From: Leptolyngbyaceae cyanobacterium
GTDB lineage: Bacteria > Cyanobacteriota > Cyanobacteriia > Phormidesmidales > Phormidesmidaceae
Reading direction: 5' to 3'
DNA length: 64,000 nt
NCBI GenBank assembly: GCA_965263355.1
Contig: CBDHHL010000032.1
Coordinates: forward strand, 1,536,001 to 1,600,000
Made by a program: the position numbers and the translations under genes. The notes beneath the pieces were generated by a model. The model did not search any database and was not told the origin of the DNA. It saw only the letters and a program-made list of their open reading frames with translations. Shown here in pieces: positions 8,770 to 17,880 of the stretch (positions within the stretch are counted from its first letter, which is position 1; each line of letters opens with the position of its first letter).

Positions 8770-10562
8770 TCACACATACATAAACTGATTTGAATTAGTC
8801 AGGTCCAGACTGGCAGAATTTATCCCTTGAACAATACCAATCAGGTCACCGGCATAGTGGATACCAGCACCCGCAATACCATTCACTGACACATTGCTTA
8901 GAGAATAGGACACCGCACTGCCCAACAGCTGAATTCTGTCGGCAATGTCTCCTAAAAAGTCATATACATCAAAGTCTTTAATCACCGCAAAGTCAGCATT
9001 GCCATAATCGTTGTAATATACGCCTTTATTGTCACCGAGAATAAAGGTATCGCGATCGCTAAGGCTGCCGCTGATCAGAATGTCGCGTTCGCCAGTTCCC
9101 TGAAATGCATGTGCAGTGCCATTGATACGGTCGTTGCCAAGGCCACCAACAATGACATCATGGCCACTACCGCCAAGGAGATAATCGTGGCCACCACTGC
9201 CCCAAAGACGATCATTACCGCCAAAACCATGCAACACATCATTACCTGCATGACCCACCAGGGAATTTTTAGCCCCGTTACCGTAGATGCGGTCATGGCC
9301 AGAGCCACAGGCATTTTCAATTAGCGATCGCACATCGCCCTTAAACTGTAAGGCATTAAACACATGCCCCCGAGCATAGTGACCACCGCCTAGATAGGCC
9401 CGTTGGGCATTGTCACCCACATCCAAATCACTCCAATGCCCAGGTAAAAGGCTAATACTGAGATTAGTTTTGTAATTAGCAAAATTATAAGTATCAATGC
9501 CATTGCCATCCCAAATGGTACGAAAAATGCGATTCGCTCCGGGGTTACCCTGCCCCACACCATTGATCTGCCACCATAGGCATTTTCAATTAGCGATCGC
9601 ACATCGCCCTTAAACTGTAAGGCATTAAACACATGCCCCCGAGCATAGTGACCACCGCCTAGATAGGCCCGTTGGGCATTGTCACCCACATCCAAATCAC
9701 TCCAATGCCCAGGTAAAAGGCTAATACTGAGATTAGTTTTGTAATTAGCAAAATTATAAGTATCAATGCCATTGCCATCCCAAATGGTACGAAAAATGCG
9801 ATTCGCTCCGGGGTTACCCTGCCCCACACCATTGACAAACATCTGGCCGGTTGTGGGTGAAAACGTGTAGTTCGTATTGGTGGCATTGTAGTTGAAATTC
9901 GCGCCATACATTTCCTGGATAGCCCTGATGTCATACATCATCAGAGATTGAGCAAATCCATAGGTTTCATTGCCATAGCCGCCGCCATTGTCGCCAATGT
10001 AGGAGTTGTACGTCATAATTGAGAATTCCATCGAATCTCGATTGGCATTCGTGGAAACATTGCGAATGCTACCAATCCCTTCATGACCATGGGTGAGGCC
10101 AAGGGCATGGCCAATTTCGTGACCAAAGGTGTGATAAGCATAGTTACCCTTGATAGGAGTGTTATAGTTTGTTTTGTTAAACCAGATATCACCCCCTGCA
10201 ACATGGGTATGAGGCAGATAGGCATAGGCTGTGCTGGGATGGCTGGATTCTGCCATACGGATGGTTGCATGTCGGTCATTAGCGCCCGTCAGCTCAATTA
10301 GATTCAGCCCTGAAACGCTTTCATACATAGCCATCCATTCACGGGTAGCGGCTCGCTGGATGGCATTGAGACTGGAAAACGTTGCATTATGGAGGCCATT
10401 ATCGGGATAACCAGACTCGTCCTCGTAGTCATTGCGGAAGTTATTGGTAAAACTAAAGGTGATATTTTTGGATGCCCAACGTTTGTAACCGACCAAACTA
10501 TCAATGTTATTGTTGCCAGTTGCAATGTTGTTCACTGTACTCACACCGATGCCGTAAGCCAT
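8770..10562 (-). pseudogene. Serralysin-like M10 zinc metalloprotease with RTX C-terminus, frameshifted by an internal duplication (or misassembly)
   Basis: HEIGHALGLTH zinc motif, SIMTY Met-turn, TIWDGNGIDT, GGxGxD nonamers; split into ORFs 9390-10652 and 8770-9558; ATG at 10562 with GGAG upstream. Confidence 0.85.
9309..9835. repeat. 258-bp direct duplication (9309-9566 and 9578-9835, period 269)
   Basis: Copies read identical; 269 is not a multiple of 3. Confidence 0.92.
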
Positions 10563-10898
10563 TATTCGATCTCCAATCGCAGAAATAGTGGGCTTTTTCA
10601 CAAAAGAGAATGGCGATAATGGAAAATGGATATGAGAAACTAAAACACTCAAAACAGTGTTTTTCGCCTAATAAAATATCAGGCAGAAAAAATCTTAAAC
10701 CCATAGAAGTCAGCCACTATCAGCTTATGCAGAGTGATTTGACTTCCATAACCGTCTCAATATTGTGAATCTTCAAACCATGTTTTGAAGACATCTCAAG
10801 TGTGTCAAATAAAAAAACAATTTGGCAGGCTTAAAAGTCTATAAATTAGCAACAAAATTGTCAGCAAAAACATTTGTCGCCAGGGCAATAGATCATAA

Positions 10899-11008
10899 AA
10901 AGTCATACCTGACAGATGACTTTGCAGAATCTATCTAAAGCTTGGCCAACGTTATACTCAAAAAGTCAGTTCGTAAAGTCATACGGCGCTTTAAAGTCAT
11001 ATGACTTT
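10899..11008. promoter_or_regulatory. Cluster of AAAGTCAT half-sites including the perfect palindrome AAAGTCATATGACTTT
   Basis: Half-sites at 10899, 10916 (inverted), 10962, 10975 and the palindrome at 10993-11008, upstream of the M10 protease. Confidence 0.45.
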
Positions 11009-11047
11009 GCATGCAAATCATATGGGACTGGTGCAAGATTATAAACT

Positions 11048-11081
11048 AAAAAAACGCCGCTCGATTCAATCGAGCGGCGTT
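11048..11081 (-). terminator. Intrinsic terminator of the RTX gene
   Basis: AACGCCGCTCGATT-C-AATCGAGCGGCGTT inverted repeat followed by a T-run on the minus strand. Confidence 0.85.
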
Positions 11082-11158
11082 CGAAGTCAACGCTTTATCA
11101 TGTCACGACGATGCTGTAGTGGTTAAATACTGGGACATTGCCCCAAACAAGATATTGC

Positions 11159-13093
11159 CTAAGCAACAAAATTGAAGTCTGCTCCCAGCACAACATTAGT
11201 CGTGTCTTGAACAACACCAACGAGATCACCCTTGTAATAGATTGCAGTATCTTTCGCCGCTGTTCCACCAAAGTTAAAGGTCTTGTTAAGAGAATAGTCG
11301 CCAATGCCGCCGTGGGCCTGGATTTTATCCCCTTCAAGATGGTAGAAGTCCTTAATGGTGGCGTATCCAGCACCCAGGTAAAAGGCTTTTGCCGTATCAC
11401 CCAGCATAAACACATCAGCTCCATCAAGCAGGCCTTTAACCCCTGGAGTAGACCCACTGAAGTCACCGGAGAGAACATCGTACTCACCTGTGGTACCGCC
11501 ATAGCCGTTCAACTGATCATTGCCAGAACCACCGACCAGGGTATCCGAACCAGTACCTCCCAGGAGATAATCGTTACCGGCGTCACCGTTAAGGAGATCA
11601 TTGCCAGCAGCACCAAATACGGTATCGTTGCCGGACCCAGCAAATACCTGGTCATTACCCGCGCCTGTATTGATGTAGTTAACACCAGCGGTACCCGTAA
11701 TCTTGTCAGCGCCAGCCCCGGTGTAGACGTACTCAAAGTTGACGGCGGTCTCTCCAGTGAAGTTAGTCACACCTGTGACCATGTTCAGGTGATAGGCCCC
11801 ACTAAAGAAACGAACATCCAGGGTATCAATACCGGCCCCCCCGTCCATTTTGTCGACGCCCCAGCCACCATCAATATAGTCATTGCCGTCTTGACCATAG
11901 ATAGAGTCGTTGCCATTTTGACCACGTAGAACATCATTGCCAGCACCGCCTACCACGATGTCGTTGCCGGACCCAGCAAATACCTGGTCATTACCCGCGC
12001 CTGTATTGATGTAGTTAACACCAGCGGTACCCGTAATCTTGTCAGCGCCAGCCCCGGTGTAGACGTACTCAAAGTTGACGGCGGTCTCTCCAGTGAAGTT
12101 AGTCACACCTGTGACCATGTTCAGGTGATAGGCCCCACTAAAGAAACGAACATCCAGGGTATCAATACCGGCCCCCCCGTCCATTTTGTCAACGCCCCAG
12201 CCACCATCAATATAGTCATTGCCGTCTTGACCATAGATAGAGTCGTTGCCATTTTGACCACGTAGAACATCATTGCCAGCACCGCCTACCACGATGTCGT
12301 TGCCAGACCCAGCAAATACCTGGTCATTACCTGCCCCTGTATTAATGTAGTTAACACCAGCGGTGCCCGTAATCTTGTCAGCCCCCGCCCCTGTGTACAC
12401 GTACTCAAAGTTGGTAGCAGTTTCTCCAGTGAAGTTGGTCACCCCTGTAACCATGTTCAGGTGATAGGCCCCACTAAAGAAACGAACATCCAGGGTGTCA
12501 ATACCGGCCCCCCCGTCCATTTTGTCAACGCCCCAGCCACCATCAATATAGTCATTGCCGTCTTGACCATAGATAGAGTCGTTGCCGTTTTGACCGCGCA
12601 GAATATCGTTACCCGCACCCCCAAGTACTATGTCATTGCCAGACCCAGCAAATACCTGGTCGTTACCAGCCCCTGTACTGATGTAGTTAGCAGCAGCGGT
12701 GCCCGTAATCTTGTCAGCCCCCGCCCCTGTGTAAACGTTTTCAAAGTTAATGGCAGTCTCTCCTGGGTAGTTGGTCACCCCTGTAACCATGTTCAGGTGA
12801 TAGGCATTACTCCAGAAACGGACATCCAGGGTGTCAATACCGGCACCCCCGTCCATAGCATCAAGGCCAAGACCACCGTCAACATAATCATTGCCGTCGC
12901 CACCAAAAATTTTGTCGTTGCCAGTGCCACCTAAAAGGACGTCGTTACCGCCTAGGCCATATAGATTGTCATTACCGGCAAGACCTTTGATAGTATCGCT
13001 TAAGTTAGTGCCTACGAGTGACTTCCGAAAGATAAAAGGAATGCCGTTAACAGTATTGTTATCGTTGTAGTTGGTGCCGTTGATTAAAGCCAT
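11159..13093 (-). CDS. RTX / haemolysin-type Ca2+-binding repeat protein (probable type I secretion substrate)
   Basis: Many GGxGxDxL nonamers, no signal peptide, AGGAG RBS, C-terminal GADVFMLG...ATIKDF...DLVGVVQ tail. Confidence 0.92.
   Translation of the reverse strand: MALINGTNYNDNNTVNGIPFIFRKSLVGTNLSDTIKGLAGNDNLYGLGGNDVLLGGTGNDKIFGGDGNDYVDGGLGLDAMDGGAGIDTLDVRFWSNAYHLNMVTGVTNYPGETAINFENVYTGAGADKITGTAAANYISTGAGNDQVFAGSGNDIVLGGAGNDILRGQNGNDSIYGQDGNDYIDGGWGVDKMDGGAGIDTLDVRFFSGAYHLNMVTGVTNFTGETATNFEYVYTGAGADKITGTAGVNYINTGAGNDQVFAGSGNDIVVGGAGNDVLRGQNGNDSIYGQDGNDYIDGGWGVDKMDGGAGIDTLDVRFFSGAYHLNMVTGVTNFTGETAVNFEYVYTGAGADKITGTAGVNYINTGAGNDQVFAGSGNDIVVGGAGNDVLRGQNGNDSIYGQDGNDYIDGGWGVDKMDGGAGIDTLDVRFFSGAYHLNMVTGVTNFTGETAVNFEYVYTGAGADKITGTAGVNYINTGAGNDQVFAGSGNDTVFGAAGNDLLNGDAGNDYLLGGTGSDTLVGGSGNDQLNGYGGTTGEYDVLSGDFSGSTPGVKGLLDGADVFMLGDTAKAFYLGAGYATIKDFYHLEGDKIQAHGGIGDYSLNKTFNFGGTAAKDTAIYYKGDLVGVVQDTTNVVLGADFNFVA
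11624..12900 (-). repeat. About four tandem 336-bp (112-aa) units inside the RTX gene (ends approximate)
   Basis: IDTLDVRF anchor recurs at 11821, 12157, 12493, 12829. Confidence 0.9.
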
Positions 13094-13519
13094 GAGGATT
13101 CTCCTGAACTGTATAGACTTATAAGATTTGGAAAGAGAGTGTTAGCTCTGTGTGAATGCTGTTTTCTTTCCGTTCAGTGGTCACTCATGGAGTCAAACTG
13201 GGTTTTATGCAAAAAGAATGGTTTTTTTGAAAATAGTTTTTTCGTGAATGGGTAGATTCTTTATGTAATAGGCTTTTGAAGCAGTTTGAATTGGATTTGA
13301 ATTAATTATTTTTGGTGAGTGGTGAGTACGGACATAAAGAGTCAGCCACCGGGGTTTAAAGCCCAGACCCTTGCTGACGACTGATTTCTGACCTCTGACT
13401 GCGGAAAAATATTGCAGTTTGCATAAAAATTGATCGAATTTTACGAGTTATCGGGAAACGGGCTGATAATTTTGAGAGGGTTGCATGGATACCGTTATTG
13501 CATTTCACCAAAATCGCTT

Positions 13520-14413
13520 ATGGAATCACAGTTTGGGCAACTTATTCTGGTTCTCCAGAGACAATCAACAGGGACGGACGAGGAGGCATTTTCTAAACTG
13601 GTTGATATGATGATGCGATCGCGAAAAGTGGGGCGTCCTCCCCGAGGCCAACCGCTGACGGGTATCTATAAGGAAATTTGCGATCATATCCGACAACAAT
13701 TGATCCAGTTGCTACAGGACTGTCTGGATAAAGGGCTGCTACAGTCCGACCTCAGCTGGGGGTATCAACTCCGGGCCCAGGCCACCCAGAATGCCTTAAC
13801 TGATTCTCTACTTAAGGGATTAGCCCTTGAAGCCCAACGTCAGCCCCACCCTAGTCGTTTGCGACAGCATGCCCTAATGCAGTTGGTAGAGGCGATTCGC
13901 GCCTGTGGTCGTCTGGCTCGACCCCATCGGGGTAAGTTTACACCGTCGTTTTATACTTTCCTGTATGAGGAGGCCGTTAATCGTACCCTGGTGTACGTTT
14001 GCCAAAAGATCGATACCTATGACCCCAACCGGGGACAGTCTCAAAAGTTTATGAACTGGGTGAATTTTCGTCTGGACCGGATGGTGATTGAATGTCGTCG
14101 TCAGTTTAGCGATCGCGATACCCAGGAACTACCCAACCTCAACGATTTGGAACGGTTGTCCCAGCCAGAACCCCAATCGTCCCTGGCCAATGATGTCCGG
14201 GATTATATTATCGCTGACCCCGATGATGTATTTAAGTCTACCCATATTCGTAAGCGTCCCGATGCCAGCTTTCAAGCGATTGCCCTCGCTCGATTTGCTG
14301 ACCAAAGTTGGGAAGAGATTTCGGCTCAGTTTGATATTAAAATTCCCACACTAAGTAGTTTCTTTCAGCGTTGTTGCGATAAGTTCTCGGATCGGTTTCA
14401 AAATCTTCTTTAA
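13520..14413 (+). CDS. Sigma-70-family (ECF-like) factor with extended N-terminus
   Basis: Region-2-like YEEAVNRTLVYVCQKIDTYDP..FMNWVNFRL; region-4-like HTH SWEEISAQFDIKIPTLSSFFQRC; first ATG at 13520. Confidence 0.8.
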   Translation: MESQFGQLILVLQRQSTGTDEEAFSKLVDMMMRSRKVGRPPRGQPLTGIYKEICDHIRQQLIQLLQDCLDKGLLQSDLSWGYQLRAQATQNALTDSLLKGLALEAQRQPHPSRLRQHALMQLVEAIRACGRLARPHRGKFTPSFYTFLYEEAVNRTLVYVCQKIDTYDPNRGQSQKFMNWVNFRLDRMVIECRRQFSDRDTQELPNLNDLERLSQPEPQSSLANDVRDYIIADPDDVFKSTHIRKRPDASFQAIALARFADQSWEEISAQFDIKIPTLSSFFQRCCDKFSDRFQNLL

Positions 14414-14415
14414 GG

Positions 14416-14438
14416 TTGGTGGGCACTGCCCACCTTAC
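14416..14438. repeat. REP-like palindrome GGTGGGCA-C-TGCCCACC
   Basis: Just after the sigma stop codon; same family as 28651-28703. Confidence 0.6.
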
Positions 14439-14548
14439 GGTTTTTCCGTTCTGCCCATTGATCGTTGGGTTTTGTGCCTCTACCCAACTTACAGCCTATT
14501 CCCCATTCCCTAGTCTTATTCCCACTGTTTAGCCAGAGAGAGATAGCC

Positions 14549-15472
14549 ATGAACACCACTCTTTCAGACGTTACAATTCCCCTTACCTTAGAACCTCACC
14601 ACCAAGCGGAACAATTTCGGAAACATCAGACATCATCGCAAAAAGCAAAACAGGTTTATCTGAATACCCTCGCGATCTATGCCACTCGATTTTATCTGGA
14701 GTGTCTGGGGTATGAGGTGGATCTAACCGCTAGCGATGGTCTGAAGCCAGTGCAACAAATGCTACTGGGAACAGCGGCTCTGGCGGTGAAAGGCTATGGT
14801 CAACTGGAATGTTGTCCTGTGGTGCAGGGGGAGACGGAGTTTGCGATCGCACCCGAACTCCACCAGGACCGGCTTGGGTATATTGCGGTTCACCTGGATG
14901 ATAGCCTGCGTACAGCAACGGTCTTAGGATTTGTTACGACAGCCGCCGATCGAGTAGCCCTAACCCAGCTACAACCTATTGAAGAGCTTTCTAGTCTCCT
15001 TAGCCCCACCCTGCTTCAACAGGCAGACGAACAGATTACCCAGCTGAGCCGCTGGTTACAAAATCTGGCGGATGAGGGATGGCAGACCTTAGATAATGTT
15101 ATCAATCCACCCAGTTTTGCCTTTAGAACCCAACCTAGTCCATCAACTGAAAATGCCTTTGAGTCAACTGTTGTTGGTCGAAGCAAACAGATTAGCTTAA
15201 ACGACTGTGATATTACCCTGGCCGTAGGTCTATTACCATTATCAGAAACCCAAACTGAAATTCACGTGCGAGTTTATGCCAGTCCAGACCAATCCTATCT
15301 GCCTCCCCAGTTAACACTCAGTGTTTTAGATGCTGACAATCGATCAGTGATGCAGGCGGAAGCCAGAGCGACAGAAGCCATCCAGCTAAAATTTGCCGGT
15401 ACCGCTGACGAGCAGTTCAGCCTCAAGCTAGCCCTGCAAAATGCCAGTGTCACCGAGAGATTTGTGATTTGA
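14549..15472 (+). CDS. DUF1822-family protein
   Basis: KAKQVYLNTLAIYA, GQLECCPV, DRLGYIAV.LD...ATVLGF, LSRWLQN...GWQTL, FAFR, YLPPQLTLSVLD, FSLKL...VTERFVI. Confidence 0.8.
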   Translation: MNTTLSDVTIPLTLEPHHQAEQFRKHQTSSQKAKQVYLNTLAIYATRFYLECLGYEVDLTASDGLKPVQQMLLGTAALAVKGYGQLECCPVVQGETEFAIAPELHQDRLGYIAVHLDDSLRTATVLGFVTTAADRVALTQLQPIEELSSLLSPTLLQQADEQITQLSRWLQNLADEGWQTLDNVINPPSFAFRTQPSPSTENAFESTVVGRSKQISLNDCDITLAVGLLPLSETQTEIHVRVYASPDQSYLPPQLTLSVLDADNRSVMQAEARATEAIQLKFAGTADEQFSLKLALQNASVTERFVI

Positions 15473-15480
15473 TCAAAGCC

Positions 15481-17853
15481 ATGGCTGAAAAACTCGTCAC
15501 ATTAAAACTGGAGGGAGAGTTAGAAACCAACGGGTTTCATGTGCTCCTGGAGATTGGTGAAGATGGCTCCCGCCCCGATGTTGAGGCGATTGGGACGCTG
15601 CCCGCCAATCCTGATCTGCGACAACAGCTGCACCAGTGGCAAGAGAGCTATCGTTTGCTCAATGTCCCCTCCCGGATTCAACCCCTGGAAATTACCTATG
15701 TGGGCTCATTGCACACCGTTAACACCTGTCAACAGGCGGCGAACACCTTAGGGGAACAATTCAAAGCGTGGCTGTTGTCGTCTACATTTACAACCATTGA
15801 TCAGCCCCTACGGGAGGAGCTGAGGGCAACAGACACTGTGCGTCTGGTAATTCGGACGACCAATACTGATTTACACCATCTGCCCTGGCACCTGTGGGAT
15901 ATGGTGGATCGCTACCCCCAGATTGAAATTGCCCTGGGTACACCCACCCTTAAACGGTTGGCAAAATCTGAAACCCAGCATTCAACCGTCAAAATTTTAG
16001 CGATTTTAGGCGATAGTAGCGGCATTGATGTTGCTGCTGACCGTCAGCTGCTAGCAGCCATTCCCGGTGCTGATGTCACCTTTTTGGTAGAGCCTCAACG
16101 GCAACAGATTACCGAGCAGCTCTGGGAGCAACCCTGGGATATCCTCTTTTTTGCCGGTCATGGCCGTACGGAACTAGGGGCGGGTAAGATCTTTATCAAC
16201 CCGCAGGAAAGCCTTACCCTAGAAGAACTTAAGTATGGTCTGCGAGAGGCTGTGAGGCAGGGGTTACAGCTAGCCATTTTCAATGCCTGTGACGGTCTGG
16301 GCTTGGCATCGGCTTTAGCTCCCCTGGGGCTACCACAAATGATATTAATGCGAGAGCCAGTTCCTGACCAGGTGGCCCAAACATTTCTCAAATATTTTTT
16401 GGATGCCTATGTGACTGGTGCCTCCCTCTACCTGGCGGCTCGACAGGCAAGAGAGCGACTCCAGGGATTAGAAGATCGATTTCCCTGTGCCAGTTGGTTA
16501 CCGATTATCTATCAGGTCAATCCGACCTTACCCAAACGCTGGCCCCAGTTGACCATAGCCGCTGATACATTGCCCTCATATCGATCTGCGCCAGGGCCAA
16601 TGGTGGGTGGTCTTTCCTTGATGTCTTGGTTGGCGATTAGTGCAGTTGTCACCGCCAGTCTCGGCATCCTCCGCTGGACCGGGTTTTTACAACGTTCAGA
16701 ATTAGCCGCCTACGATCGGCTGATGCGCCAACGGCCTGCCCAAGTGGTCGATCAGGGAGACCAACGTCTGTTGATTGTGGAGGCGACGGAAGAGGATATT
16801 AATACCTATGGCTATCCCTTGCCCGACAATGTGTTGGCCCAGGCCATCGACCAGCTGGTGCCCTACAATCCTAGAATCATTGGTCTAGATATCTTTCGGC
16901 CTCAGATGGCTCCATCTACACCCCTAGGACAACGTCTGCAGCAAAACCCGGTGGTGGCGCTTTGTAGCTTTGGCCAGTCGGGTAATGCTAATCAGCCAGG
17001 GATTGCCCCCCCCTCAGAGTTACCTGAAGACCAGGTGGGGTTTAGCAATGTGGTTATCGATGCTGATGGTGTGCTGCGACGACAGCTTTTGTTTGCTCAA
17101 CCTGCTAGCGCTAGTCCCTGTACCAGCCATACATCCCTGGGGATGCTGATGGCGCTGCATTATCTAGAGGCCGATGGCATCCAGCTCGAAACCATTAATG
17201 ATCAGCGTTTGCGTCTGGGGGCGACCACCCTGGTACCCCTGGCCTCTGACAGCGGTGGCTACCAGGGTATTGATGACCGTGGGTTTCAAATGTTGCTTAG
17301 ATATGCACCCACTGAGCAAATTGCCCAGCGGATAACTCTCTCGCAGTTGCTCTCAGGGGAGACTGTTCTGGATAGTTTAGAGACCCAGGCCGTGCTGATT
17401 GGCATGAGTGCCCCCACGTCAAATCCCACGGATTATTTTGTGACTCCCGTCAACTCTGGAAATCCAAAGGGATTGCCGGGAGTTGATATTCATGCCCAAA
17501 CTATTCACTATTTGTTGGCCGCTGCCCTGGATCGTCACCCTGTGCTCACCAGTGTGCCTGCCTGGGGCGGCTGGCTGTGGATTGTCACCTGGGCTTTGAT
17601 TGGCTCTGGGCTAACGGTTAAACGCTGTCCATGGATGATTTGGTTATTGGGCCTGGGGCTGGCCACACTGGTGCTGTATGGTGTCGGCTGGCTGCTATTT
17701 GGTATGGGGCTGTGGGTGCCTTTGGTGCCGGGGGCCTTAGCCTTAGCCGGGGGCAGTGGTGGTGGTGCGATCGCACAAGCCCTGACCAATCAATTCACAT
17801 ACGTGTCTAAATCTAAACAACTCCTGAAAGATCAGGCCATTAACCGTAGTTAA
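15481..17853 (+). CDS. Membrane protein with cytoplasmic CHAT (caspase-like) protease domain and extracytoplasmic CHASE2 sensor domain
   Basis: LPWHLW, LFFAGHG (His), IFNACDG (Cys), MREPVPD; TM helix; then AYDRLMR, IGLDIFR, DADGVLRR, PGVDIHAQ and three C-terminal TM helices. Confidence 0.88.
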   Translation: MAEKLVTLKLEGELETNGFHVLLEIGEDGSRPDVEAIGTLPANPDLRQQLHQWQESYRLLNVPSRIQPLEITYVGSLHTVNTCQQAANTLGEQFKAWLLSSTFTTIDQPLREELRATDTVRLVIRTTNTDLHHLPWHLWDMVDRYPQIEIALGTPTLKRLAKSETQHSTVKILAILGDSSGIDVAADRQLLAAIPGADVTFLVEPQRQQITEQLWEQPWDILFFAGHGRTELGAGKIFINPQESLTLEELKYGLREAVRQGLQLAIFNACDGLGLASALAPLGLPQMILMREPVPDQVAQTFLKYFLDAYVTGASLYLAARQARERLQGLEDRFPCASWLPIIYQVNPTLPKRWPQLTIAADTLPSYRSAPGPMVGGLSLMSWLAISAVVTASLGILRWTGFLQRSELAAYDRLMRQRPAQVVDQGDQRLLIVEATEEDINTYGYPLPDNVLAQAIDQLVPYNPRIIGLDIFRPQMAPSTPLGQRLQQNPVVALCSFGQSGNANQPGIAPPSELPEDQVGFSNVVIDADGVLRRQLLFAQPASASPCTSHTSLGMLMALHYLEADGIQLETINDQRLRLGATTLVPLASDSGGYQGIDDRGFQMLLRYAPTEQIAQRITLSQLLSGETVLDSLETQAVLIGMSAPTSNPTDYFVTPVNSGNPKGLPGVDIHAQTIHYLLAAALDRHPVLTSVPAWGGWLWIVTWALIGSGLTVKRCPWMIWLLGLGLATLVLYGVGWLLFGMGLWVPLVPGALALAGGSGGGAIAQALTNQFTYVSKSKQLLKDQAINRS

Positions 17854-17880
17854 AACCTATACACACAGGGAATCAATCCG

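Noticed and set aside
9309..9835. Template/variable repeat pair of a diversity-generating retroelement
   Set aside because: Copies are identical with no adenine-specific mismatches, and no reverse transcriptase is in the window
11138..11929. 263-aa plus-strand ORF and similar antisense ORFs inside phoX, FHA and TPR-CHAT
   Set aside because: Shadow frames of well-supported genes with no independent motifs
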